Positions 28,390-37,751 of a stretch of 64,000 nucleotides of DNA are shown piece after piece. A model generated the notes under the pieces. That model saw only the letters and a program-made list of their open reading frames with translations, did no database searches and was not told where the DNA came from. Source of the DNA: an uncultured Sediminibacterium sp. (GTDB taxonomy: Bacteria > Bacteroidota > Bacteroidia > Chitinophagales > Chitinophagaceae); NCBI GenBank assembly GCA_964519475.1, contig CAZFKE010000003.1:98704-162703 (forward strand). Reading direction: 5' to 3'. Position 1 is the first letter of the stretch. Every line of letters starts with the position of its first letter. The translations under genes and the position numbers were made by a program.

Positions 28390-28452
28390 TTTTGCCACAG
28401 ATGGCATAGAAAGTGAAAAAATCTGTACTAATCTTTACCATCCGTGGCAAAA
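28390..28452. repeat. GCCACAGAT-type palindromic element
   Basis: TTTTGCCACAGATGG (28390-28404) vs CCATCCGTGGCAAAA (28438-28452), 14/15 complementary. Confidence 0.75.
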
Positions 28453-28702
28453 ACGCCTGCCCAAACCCCTTGTTACCGCTGAAGCGTGCGACGCAACCAT
28501 AGCCAAATAGCCCTGTCATTGCTGGTTTCAGTAGCATTATTTTAAAACGTTTCAAAATTATTATTGAAAATCAGTAAGTTACAAAGGTGCGTTGTAAAAT
28601 ACTTTCTTAAATACTTGGAAAATTGCATGGGTGAGGGCTACCTTCGCCGTCCATTAAAATCCGGCGGGATAGCGTCCGGGTTCATTAAAACAGAAATAGT
28701 AT

Positions 28703-29146
28703 ATGAGTAAACTTCATTTCACCACTAAGCATGCAAACGCGGCTACCGTTCAGCACAACTGGTATGTGGTTGACGGTGCTAATCAAACCGTGGGACGTAT
28801 TGCCTCTAAAATTGCTGCTGTTCTTCGTGGTAAGAACAAAGCCTATTACACCCCACACGTAGATTGTGGCGATTATGTGATTGTGCTTAACGCAGAAAAA
28901 GTTGTTTTTACCGGCAAAAAAGCGGAACAAAAGCAATACATCAACTTCTCTGGTTACCCCGGTGGTAAAAAAGAAGAAGTAGCGGAAGACCTGCTGAGAC
29001 GTCGTCCGGAAGTAATTATGGAAAGAGCGGTAAAAGGTATGTTGCCTAAAAACCGTCTGGGCCGTAAAATGATCAAGAAATTGTTCGTGTATGCAGGTAC
29101 GGCACATCCGCACAGTGCACAACAGCCTAAAGAATTAACATTCTAA
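28703..29146 (+). CDS. rplM: 50S ribosomal protein L13
   Basis: [48 protein letters not shown]. Confidence 0.98.
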   Translation: MSKLHFTTKHANAATVQHNWYVVDGANQTVGRIASKIAAVLRGKNKAYYTPHVDCGDYVIVLNAEKVVFTGKKAEQKQYINFSGYPGGKKEEVAEDLLRRRPEVIMERAVKGMLPKNRLGRKMIKKLFVYAGTAHPHSAQQPKELTF

Positions 29147-29183
29147 TTCTCAACCTCAACATTCAAATTCCAAATTAATATAA

Positions 29184-29573
29184 ATGGAAAAGCAAAAAAA
29201 TGCAGTTGGTCGCCGTAAAGAAGCCGTTACCCGCGTATTCGTGAGTAAAGGCGATGGTAAGATCACTGTGAACGACAAAGATTACAAAGCTTATTTTCCA
29301 CTGGTGTATTTACAGAACCAGGTTGAAGCTCCTCTGAAAACCGCAGATATGATCGGAAAGCTTGATATCGTTATCAATGCCCAGGGTGGTGGTTTAAAAG
29401 GACAGGCCGAAGCAGCCAAACTGGGTATTGCACGTGCCTTGCTCGAAGTGAATGCTGAATTCCGTCCTGCCCTGAAAGCAGCCGGCCAGCTGAAACGCGA
29501 CCCACGTGGTGTTGAACGTAAGAAATTCGGTCATAAGAAAGCACGTAGAAGCTTCCAGTTCAGCAAACGTTAA
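29184..29573 (+). CDS. rpsI: 30S ribosomal protein S9
   Basis: GRRKEAV, GGGLKGQA, RDPRGVERKK, QFSKR. Confidence 0.98.
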   Translation: MEKQKNAVGRRKEAVTRVFVSKGDGKITVNDKDYKAYFPLVYLQNQVEAPLKTADMIGKLDIVINAQGGGLKGQAEAAKLGIARALLEVNAEFRPALKAAGQLKRDPRGVERKKFGHKKARRSFQFSKR

Positions 29574-29575
29574 TC

Positions 29576-29649
29576 GTTGGTCCATGGTCCATAGTCGATG
29601 GTCCATGGTATTACAAACACTATGGACCTTGGTCTATGGACTATCGACA
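29576..29649. repeat. Inverted repeat of CATGGTC heptamers between rpsI and rpsB
   Basis: CATGGTC-CATAGTC-GATGGTC-CATGGT ... ACTATGG-ACCTTGG-TCTATGG-ACTATCG-AC. Confidence 0.85.
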
Positions 29650-29682
29650 GAAAATAAATAATAACAATTTATAATCATACAA

Positions 29683-30591
29683 ATGGAAAATAGCACTTCA
29701 TTACAACAACAACTCCTGGAGGCCGGCGTACATTTTGGTCACCTGAAAAAGAAGTGGAATCCGAAGATGCTGCCTTACATCTTTGCGGAGAAAAAAGGTA
29801 TCCACATCATCGACCTGAACAAAACAGTTGATCACCTGAAAGAATCCGCTGCTGCTATTAAGCAGATCGCGAAAAGCGGTAAGAAGATCATGTTTGTGGC
29901 TACTAAGAAACAGGCAAAAGAGATTGTTAGCGAATGTGCCAAGCGCGTAAACATGCCGTATGCCACTGAGCGTTGGTTGGGTGGTATGTTAACCAACTTC
30001 AATACGGTTCGTAAGAGTGTTAAAAAAATGCAGAGCATTGAAAAAATGCTGGCTGACGGAAGCGCAGAAAGCCTGACCAAAAAAGAGCGTCTGACGTTAA
30101 CCCGCGATAAAGATAAAATGGAGAAAGTATTGGGCGGTATTGCTCAGCTGGGACGTTTACCGGCAGCTTTGTTCCTGGTGGATATTGGAAATGAGCATAT
30201 CGCTTTGTCAGAAGCAAAACGTTTAGGCATCACAACGTTTGGTATGGTAGATACCAATTGCGATCCTAACAAAGTAGATTTCCCGATTCCTGCCAATGAT
30301 GATGCAACCAAGTCAATTGCCATCATTACTAATTATATCATTGCGGCTATCGCAGAAGGTTTGGCCGAGCGCCAGGCTTCTAAAGATGAAGATGAATCAG
30401 ACGACAGCAACAACGAAAACGAAGCCAAAGCACGCCGCTTGGAAGCTGAAGCACAAGCCGAAGCAGCACGTGGTGGCCGCTCACGCGGTGGCAATACAGC
30501 TGGTGGCCCTGGTGCCGGCGGCCCTCCTAAGCGTCGTGTTCCGGGTAACCGTCGCCCTGCGGGTGGTGGTGGAACCGGTGGCGGCAGATAA
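29683..30591 (+). CDS. rpsB: 30S ribosomal protein S2 with acidic then Gly/Arg-rich C-terminal extension
   Basis: LEAGVHFGH, WNPKM, RWLGGMLTN, DTNCDP, PANDDA. Confidence 0.98.
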   Translation: MENSTSLQQQLLEAGVHFGHLKKKWNPKMLPYIFAEKKGIHIIDLNKTVDHLKESAAAIKQIAKSGKKIMFVATKKQAKEIVSECAKRVNMPYATERWLGGMLTNFNTVRKSVKKMQSIEKMLADGSAESLTKKERLTLTRDKDKMEKVLGGIAQLGRLPAALFLVDIGNEHIALSEAKRLGITTFGMVDTNCDPNKVDFPIPANDDATKSIAIITNYIIAAIAEGLAERQASKDEDESDDSNNENEAKARRLEAEAQAEAARGGRSRGGNTAGGPGAGGPPKRRVPGNRRPAGGGGTGGGR

Positions 30592-30620
30592 TCTCTGTTT
30601 TGAGGTCTTTCTATAGATCG

Positions 30621-30707
30621 AATTAATAATTAGTAGTTAGTAATTAGTAATATTTATTGCTGGTTCTGGCTGCTAATTATTAATTACTAATTATTAATTA
30701 CTAATTA
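30621..30707. repeat. Inverted repeat of AT-rich TAATTAG/CTAATTA heptamers between rpsB and tsf
   Basis: AATTAATAATTAGTAGTTAGTAATTAGTAA ... CTAATTATTAATTACTAATTATTAATTACTAATTA; near-identical arms at 44575-44663. Confidence 0.8.
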
Positions 30708-30714
30708 AAGAACC

Positions 30715-31551
30715 ATGTCTACTATAACAATAACGGCATCAGATATTAATAAACTACGCCAGGCAACCGGCGCTGGTATGATGGATTGCAGGAAAGCATT
30801 AACCGAAACCAATGGCGACTTTGAAGCGGCTATTGACTGGTTACGTAAACAAGGACAGAAAGTGGCGGCTAAACGCAGCGACCGTGAAGCGAAAGAAGGC
30901 GTGATCATTGCACAAACTTCTGCAGATAAGAAAACAGGTTTTGTGGTATGTATCAGTTGCGAAACGGATTTCGTATCCAAGAATGCTGAATTTGTTGCTT
31001 TTGCACAGAGCATTGCCGATGCAGCGGTTGCCAACAATGTAAAAACTGCTGAAGAACTGAATGAAGTGGTGATCAACGGGGCGAAAGTGTCTGATATGAT
31101 CAACGATAAATTAGCGTCTATCGGTGAAAAGATCGGTATAGCTAAATTTGAAAGGATTGAAGCGCCTTATGTAGCTTCTTACATCCATGGTTCCTACCGT
31201 ATGGGTGTGTTGGTTGGCTTAACTACTGCTGCTGAAGAAGCAGGAAAAGATGTAGCTATGCAGATTGCTGCTATGAATCCATTGGCAGTTGATGCAGCCA
31301 GCATTCCTGCAGAAACCATTGAAAGGGAAAGGGCGATCGTAGTGGAAACCATGAAAGCAGATCCTAAAATGGCCGGTAAACCTGATGAAATGATCGCTAA
31401 GATCGCAGAAGGTAAACTGAATGCATTCTTTAAAGAGAACACTTTATTGGCACAGGCTTTTGTAAAAGACGGTGCTGTTACTGTTGAAGCATACCTGAAA
31501 TCTGCCGGTAATGTAACGGTTACAGAATTTAAACGTGTGGCTTTAGGATAA
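30715..31551 (+). CDS. tsf: Elongation factor Ts
   Basis: LRQATGAGMMDCRKAL, CETDFV, SYIHG, DVAMQIAA, LLAQAFVKD. Confidence 0.98.
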   Translation: MSTITITASDINKLRQATGAGMMDCRKALTETNGDFEAAIDWLRKQGQKVAAKRSDREAKEGVIIAQTSADKKTGFVVCISCETDFVSKNAEFVAFAQSIADAAVANNVKTAEELNEVVINGAKVSDMINDKLASIGEKIGIAKFERIEAPYVASYIHGSYRMGVLVGLTTAAEEAGKDVAMQIAAMNPLAVDAASIPAETIERERAIVVETMKADPKMAGKPDEMIAKIAEGKLNAFFKENTLLAQAFVKDGAVTVEAYLKSAGNVTVTEFKRVALG

Positions 31552-31575
31552 TCCTTAGGCTGATGAATATGTTAG

Positions 31576-31603
31576 AAAAGGGTAGCCATGTGCTACCCTT
31601 TTT
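31576..31603 (+). terminator. Rho-independent terminator after tsf
   Basis: AAAAGGGTAGC-CATGT-GCTACCCTTTT plus T-run. Confidence 0.85.
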
Positions 31604-31999
31604 GTTTTCTCCAATATTCTGATGGGTAAGGTAAATGTTCTTGCGAAATATAAATTTTCAATAATTGAATATTTATACCGACGGGATGTTCCGCTAGGAA
31701 CATATTTTACGGTATAAAAAGGATGAAAACACCTGATTCGTTTGCGGCAAATACGCTACTGATATCTAATCGCTATTTCTATTTTTAAAATATAAAGCAA
31801 AGCCATATTTCATGTATCGTCAGGAATATCTGGCAGGGCTTGATAGTACATGTGTTCCATTGGAACGGATTTATCATGAAACCTGTGATTTTCCAGCATA
31901 GTAAAACGCCAATATACTATCACTATCCACATTTTACCTTTCATTTTGGCTACTCATTAAAAAATCAGGTTATTTGCATAGAAATCAACTTACTCTATC

Positions 32000-32716
32000 A
32001 TGCTTCCTAAGTTCAAACGCATCCTTCTTAAATTATCAGGTGAAGCTTTACTTGGAGACCAGCGAAATGGTGATCCATTCAACCCTAAGATTATTGAACA
32101 ATATGCGCATGATATTAAGCTGGTAACAGACCTGGGTGTTCAGGTTGCAATTGTGATTGGCGGCGGTAATATTTACCGGGGTATGAATGAAGCCGATAGT
32201 GGTATTGAACGAGCCCATGGCGATTATATGGGCATGTTGGCCACCGTAATCAATGCCATGGCTATGCAGGCTATGCTGGAGCGGATTGGTGTGTATACCC
32301 GTTTGCAAAGTGCCATCAATATGGAGCAGGTAGCGGAACCCTATATTCGCAGAAAAGCCCTACGTCACCTGGAAAAAGGAAGGGTAGTGATCTTTGGTGC
32401 AGGTACCGGTAACCCGTATTTTACAACAGACACTGCAGGATCGCTCCGTGCCATTGAAATGAAAGCAGATGTAATCCTAAAAGGAACCCGGGTGGATGGT
32501 GTGTATAGTGCAGACCCCGAAAAAGACCCGGCCGCTGTAAAATTTGATAGGATCAGCTTCCATGAGTGCATCTCGAAAAACCTGAAAGTGATGGATATGA
32601 CCGCATTTACACTCTGTATGGAGAACAAACTCCCCATCATTGTGTTTGATATGAACAAACCCGGTAACCTATTACAGGTAGTGGAAGGCACCAATGTAGG
32701 GACACTGGTTAGCTGA
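32000..32716 (+). CDS. pyrH: UMP kinase
   Basis: [51 protein letters not shown]. Confidence 0.98.
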   Translation: MLPKFKRILLKLSGEALLGDQRNGDPFNPKIIEQYAHDIKLVTDLGVQVAIVIGGGNIYRGMNEADSGIERAHGDYMGMLATVINAMAMQAMLERIGVYTRLQSAINMEQVAEPYIRRKALRHLEKGRVVIFGAGTGNPYFTTDTAGSLRAIEMKADVILKGTRVDGVYSADPEKDPAAVKFDRISFHECISKNLKVMDMTAFTLCMENKLPIIVFDMNKPGNLLQVVEGTNVGTLVS

Positions 32717-32774
32717 TCATCCGCTCATGTAAATTTTTAGATTGCTTATAGCTCTGTTGGTAATTTCATAAAAC

Positions 32775-34073
32775 ATGAAAAAAATCGCATTCTTCTTCTT
32801 TTGTTCGATCAGCATAGCGGGCTTTGCCCAGCAAAAAATGAGTTTAACGGATGCTATTAATACGGCATTAAAGAACAGTTATGATATAGAGCTGGCCAAG
32901 AATAACCTCGAGATCAGTAATACCAATAATTATATAGGAGTAGCGGGTGGTCTGCCGGTAGTAAGCGGTACCGCCAACGATAATGAACAACTTACCAGCA
33001 TCAATCAGAAATTTGCTGACCCTGCACGTGATACCAAACGTGATAATGTAGGTTCCAATAACCTGGCAGTTGGCATTACCGGAAGCATTTTACTGTATAA
33101 CGGCTTAAGGGTGGTGGCTACCAAAAAAAGACTGGAAGCATTACAATTGCAGAGCCAGCAATTTTTAAATGCACAGATTCAGGGTACCATTGCGGCGGTA
33201 ATGACCAAATACTATGACGTGGTTCGCCAGCAGTCTTATCAGAAAACCATCCTTCAATCGATTGATGTTTCCAAAAAAAGACTAGAGATATTACAGATAA
33301 GAAAAGATATCGGTGTATCTAATAATGCAGATGTGTTACAGGCACAACTCGACGTGAATGCACTCATTCAATCGCAGCAGAACCAGAACCTTGTGATAAG
33401 CCAGGCCAAGACCGATCTGCTGAACCTGATCTTCATGAAACCGGATTCTCCTATTTCTATCATCGATACCATTGTTGTTGACAAGTCTGTGAACCTGGAT
33501 TCGGTGCGTAACCGTGTTGTAACCCATCCTTTATTAGTCGCTGCGAATAATCAGATACATATTAATGAACTGATTGAAAAAGAAACAGCCGCCCTTCGTT
33601 ACCCGACCATCCGTGCAACAACCGGTTATAATTTTACCAGCAGCAAAAGTGCAGCAGGTTTTAGTTTGCTTAACCAGAGTTACGGGCCGTTTGTAGGCAT
33701 TAACCTGGCGGTACCTATTTATAACGGAAATATCAGCAAGCGACAACAGCGGGTTGCTTCTATCAACACTCGCAATGCAGTGATACTGCGCGATAACCTG
33801 GCTTTTGATTATGAAACCGGCGTGATACGTACTTTTCAATCTTATGAAAATACATTGATCCAGTTACAAACAGAACAGAAGAACTATGCCTTGTCTACCC
33901 AACTGCTTGATCTGGTTTTGCAAAAATTCCAGCTGGGACAGGCAACGATTATTGATGTAAAACAGGCACAACAGAGTTTCGAGAATGAAGGCTACCGTTT
34001 GGTAAATCTGAATTATGCTGCAAAAACGGCTGAGATAGAACTGAAACGTTTGGCCAGTCAGCTTACGTACTAA
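32775..34073 (+). CDS. TolC family outer membrane protein
   Basis: Signal peptide, SLTDAINTALKNSYDI, two OEP-like repeats, coiled-coil composition. Confidence 0.85.
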   Translation: MKKIAFFFFCSISIAGFAQQKMSLTDAINTALKNSYDIELAKNNLEISNTNNYIGVAGGLPVVSGTANDNEQLTSINQKFADPARDTKRDNVGSNNLAVGITGSILLYNGLRVVATKKRLEALQLQSQQFLNAQIQGTIAAVMTKYYDVVRQQSYQKTILQSIDVSKKRLEILQIRKDIGVSNNADVLQAQLDVNALIQSQQNQNLVISQAKTDLLNLIFMKPDSPISIIDTIVVDKSVNLDSVRNRVVTHPLLVAANNQIHINELIEKETAALRYPTIRATTGYNFTSSKSAAGFSLLNQSYGPFVGINLAVPIYNGNISKRQQRVASINTRNAVILRDNLAFDYETGVIRTFQSYENTLIQLQTEQKNYALSTQLLDLVLQKFQLGQATIIDVKQAQQSFENEGYRLVNLNYAAKTAEIELKRLASQLTY

Positions 34074-34165
34074 TAGTCAGAAACACTCCCCCTTATTTAC
34101 TGTTTTGGTATGATTTTCTACTTCTGAAAAAGGATAGAATATTTAGTTTACCACAACTAACTGTA

Positions 34166-36568
34166 TTGCTTATGCATGGGAGAAGATTAACACTCATTGT
34201 ATGCTTGTTGCTAAGTATGGCCGGGCTGGGTAAGGCACAAACCATTGATTCTTTATTGGATCAATATGATGCCAAAGTTCCGCAAGAAAAACTTTATGTG
34301 CATTTTGATAATACTGTGTATGTACCCGGACAAACCGTTTGGTATAAAGCCTATCTTTTTAAAGGCAGGGAACTATCTGATATCAGTAAGAATTTTTATC
34401 TCAACTGGTTTGATGAAAAAGGGAAAATCATCGGCAGGGTTGTTGCGCCCGTTATTGGATCTACAGCCGCGGGAAGTTTTACGGTTCCTGAAAACTATAC
34501 CGGCAGCCGTTTACAGGTATTGGCTTATACCAAATGGATGCTGAATTTTGATTCTGCTTTTTTGTTTCACAAGATCATTCCGGTATCGCAACCAACGATG
34601 GTGAAAAATAACGAGACTGGAGTAGTTCCAGTTACTTCACTCAGGTTTTTTCCTGAAGGAGGAGATATGGTGGAAGGATTGACTTCTGTCATTGCATTTA
34701 AAGCGGTAAATACAGCTGGTTTACCGGTGCAGGTAAACGGCATCATCACTAACCGAAAAATGCAAACGGTTACAGAATTTACTTCTCTGCATGATGGAAT
34801 GGGTGCCATCAAATTAACACCCGAGCCCGGTGAACAATATACTGCAGAATGGAAAGATGCATGGGGTGTAACACAATATACAAACCTGCCTGCTGCTAAA
34901 AGCACAGGAATTGTACTAACAGTAAACAATCAATCGGCTATTCCGCTTTTTTCAATTAATCGGCAATCTGTATCGGAAGATCGGTTTAAAAAATTGAGTA
35001 TTGTGGCTACTATAAACCAGCAACTGATGTACCGGGCAGTGGCCAATCTTTCTGAAAAACCAACACTTAATGCGAGTTTGCCATCTTCGAATTTTACATC
35101 GGGCATCTTACGGTTAACGGTATTTGATGCCAACAGGCAACCGGTGGCAGAAAGAATATTGTTCCTTAATAACAATGAATACCAGTTAGTGGCGGAGGTA
35201 AATTTTGATACAGTAAACCTTGGCAGACAAGGTAGAAACCTTTATAATATTGTATTGCCTGATTCTGTACTTGCATCGCTTTCAATAAGCATTACTGATG
35301 GGGAGAGCGTGTATGATTCTTCTCAGAATATCATATCACAACTTCTACTTTCGTCTGAGATCAGAGGTAAGATTCATAACCCGGCTTTTTATTTTTCATC
35401 AGAAGAAGATAGTGTATCCCATTACCTCGACCTGGTAATGCTTACCAATGGATGGAGAAGATTTGCCTGGGATGATGTAATGAATACAACAACCCCATTA
35501 TTGAAATATGAACGCGATACCAGTTATGTATCCATTGCCGGAAAAATTGATAAACTAAACGAAAGCAAGATAAAAAAAGCGGAATCAGTGAATCTGATAC
35601 TGATGGCAAAAGATTCCAGCAAACAATTCATTTTTACATCACTCCGGCCGGATGGTAGTTTTAGTGAAGACAACCTGCTACTCTTTGATACAACCAAATT
35701 ATTTTATCAACTAAACAAAACAAACATACCTGTTCGCAGTAATATTACGATCCGTAACAGCTTTCTGCCATTCGATACTGCGAAACGGGTACGTATTCTC
35801 GAATTGTTTGTACCGGATACAACGGGTCTTGGCCGGCTAAATGCCATTGCCGCAGAACAAAAAAGAATTGAGGAACTGATTAAACAAGCAACATTAAAAG
35901 AAGTGGTGGTTCATGCAAAAGTAAAATCACGCCTGGAAGAAATGCATGAACGTTATGCCAGTGGCTTTTTCCAGAGCTGGGATGCATATCAGTTTAATGT
36001 TGCTGATGACAGGCTTGCCCATTCACTTCCTTCAGCATTTGAATACTTACTCAGCAAAGTGGCAGGTTTAAAGATCGATAATGCCTATTCTCCAAGTCCG
36101 CGAGCCAGTTGGCGTGGAAGTCCTGTAGCGCTTTTTCTTAATGAGTTTCCCGTCAATGCAAGCGTACTTTCTTCTGTTTCCATGTCTAATGTTGCCTATA
36201 TCCAGGTTTTCCGGCCGCCTTTTATAGGTGCTATAGGTGGTGGTGCGGGTGGTGCTATTGCTGTGTATACACGCAAAGGAGAGGATAGCAAATCGGTAGT
36301 TATAGGTCTTGACTTTACTTTGATACCCGGCTATACGCCTGTAAAAGAGTTCTACTCACCCAATTACGCCGAACAACAACAGAATTTTCCACAAAAAGAT
36401 CTGCGCAGAACGGTATACTGGAAACCGAATATTCTTTCAGACGGCGTGAATAAAAAGATCACGGTCTCTTTTTATAATAACGATATCAGTCATACATTAC
36501 AGCTGGTAATCGAAGGTGTATCACAGGATGGGAAACTGATCCATGTGAGCCGGTTATTGAAACAATAA
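34166..36568 (+). CDS. Large secreted protein, macroglobulin-like N-terminus with TonB-plug-like C-terminal region
   Basis: QEKLYVHFD..Y.PG.TVWYKAY, FFPEGGDMV, LDLVMLTNGWRRF, GGAIAVYTRKG, FYSPNY, RRTVYWKP; recognised by motif pattern only. Confidence 0.6.
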   Translation: MLMHGRRLTLIVCLLLSMAGLGKAQTIDSLLDQYDAKVPQEKLYVHFDNTVYVPGQTVWYKAYLFKGRELSDISKNFYLNWFDEKGKIIGRVVAPVIGSTAAGSFTVPENYTGSRLQVLAYTKWMLNFDSAFLFHKIIPVSQPTMVKNNETGVVPVTSLRFFPEGGDMVEGLTSVIAFKAVNTAGLPVQVNGIITNRKMQTVTEFTSLHDGMGAIKLTPEPGEQYTAEWKDAWGVTQYTNLPAAKSTGIVLTVNNQSAIPLFSINRQSVSEDRFKKLSIVATINQQLMYRAVANLSEKPTLNASLPSSNFTSGILRLTVFDANRQPVAERILFLNNNEYQLVAEVNFDTVNLGRQGRNLYNIVLPDSVLASLSISITDGESVYDSSQNIISQLLLSSEIRGKIHNPAFYFSSEEDSVSHYLDLVMLTNGWRRFAWDDVMNTTTPLLKYERDTSYVSIAGKIDKLNESKIKKAESVNLILMAKDSSKQFIFTSLRPDGSFSEDNLLLFDTTKLFYQLNKTNIPVRSNITIRNSFLPFDTAKRVRILELFVPDTTGLGRLNAIAAEQKRIEELIKQATLKEVVVHAKVKSRLEEMHERYASGFFQSWDAYQFNVADDRLAHSLPSAFEYLLSKVAGLKIDNAYSPSPRASWRGSPVALFLNEFPVNASVLSSVSMSNVAYIQVFRPPFIGAIGGGAGGAIAVYTRKGEDSKSVVIGLDFTLIPGYTPVKEFYSPNYAEQQQNFPQKDLRRTVYWKPNILSDGVNKKITVSFYNNDISHTLQLVIEGVSQDGKLIHVSRLLKQ

Positions 36569-36581
36569 GAGCAATATAATA

Positions 36582-37736
36582 ATGAAACCATCACCTATTC
36601 AATCCAAACTTCCCGATGTAGGCACAACCATCTTTACCGTTATGAGCCAACTGGCATTGGAGCAAGGTGCGGTAAACCTGGGCCAGGGATTTCCTGATTT
36701 TATGATGAGTGAGGAATTGACCTCATTGGTTGATGATGCCATGAAGAAAGGCTATAACCAGTATGTGCATATGAACGGGCTGATGTTGCTGCGGGAAAGG
36801 CTGGCGGAAAAATCAGAAAAATTATATCATACAAAAATCAATCCCGATACACAGATCACCGTAACACCGGGTGGAACGTATGCCATCTATACAGCACTTA
36901 CTACGGTATTACGACCCGGTGATGAAGTGATTGTGTTTGAACCGGCCTACGATAGTTATATTCCTAATATTGAAGTAAACGGTGCAATACCGGTCCGGAT
37001 CTCTTTACAATTTCCTGATTATTCTATTCCCTGGGAAGAAGTGCGATCGAAACTGAATGCGAGAACAAGAATGATCATGATCAATACCCCGCATAACCCA
37101 ACCGGCGCGGTATTGCGTGAAAAGGATATGGAAGAATTACAGAAGATAGTAACCGGTACTGATATCCTGATCCTGAGTGATGAAGTGTATGAACACCTGA
37201 TCTATGATGAGATACCGCACCAAAGTATTCTCCGTTACCCGGATCTGCTGGAAAGAAGCTTTGTCTGTTTCTCTTTCGGCAAAACCTATCACTGTACGGG
37301 CTGGAAACTGGGCTATTGCATCAGTACGGCAGAACTGATGAAAGAATTCAGAAAAGTACACCAGTTCAATTGTTTTTGCTGCGATACACCGAAACAGGTT
37401 GCCATTGCCGCATATATACAAAACGAAGAAGCCTATCTTTCCTTAGGCGGCTTTCTGCAAAAGAAAAGAGATTTTTTTAGAGAACTGATGAAAGACACGG
37501 TTTTCCAATGCATTCCATCCCATGGAAGCTATTTTGAATGTTACAGCTACAGCCATTTTTCTAATGAAGCCGATAAAGACCTTGCTATACGGTTAACCAA
37601 AGAATATGGAATTGCTACCATTCCGGTTTCTGCTTTTTATAAAAATGGAGATGATAATAAAGTATTACGTTTTTGTTTTGCCAAGAAAGAGGAGACACTG
37701 GAGAAAGCCGTTGCGAAATTGGTGCACCTCAAATAA
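36582..37736 (+). CDS. Methionine aminotransferase (YbdL-like, PLP class I/II)
   Basis: TTIFTVMS, NLGQGFPDF, NTPHNPTG, SDEVYEH, SFGKTYHCTGWKLGY, RFCFAK. Confidence 0.92.
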   Translation: MKPSPIQSKLPDVGTTIFTVMSQLALEQGAVNLGQGFPDFMMSEELTSLVDDAMKKGYNQYVHMNGLMLLRERLAEKSEKLYHTKINPDTQITVTPGGTYAIYTALTTVLRPGDEVIVFEPAYDSYIPNIEVNGAIPVRISLQFPDYSIPWEEVRSKLNARTRMIMINTPHNPTGAVLREKDMEELQKIVTGTDILILSDEVYEHLIYDEIPHQSILRYPDLLERSFVCFSFGKTYHCTGWKLGYCISTAELMKEFRKVHQFNCFCCDTPKQVAIAAYIQNEEAYLSLGGFLQKKRDFFRELMKDTVFQCIPSHGSYFECYSYSHFSNEADKDLAIRLTKEYGIATIPVSAFYKNGDDNKVLRFCFAKKEETLEKAVAKLVHLK

Positions 37737-37751
37737 AGAAGATAGGGTAGG

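Noticed and set aside
34166-36568. Macroglobulin-like/TonB-plug protein as part of a new system with the upstream TolC
   Set aside because: By recall, such proteins are common, often multi-copy, in Bacteroidota; nothing in the sequence links it functionally to its neighbours.
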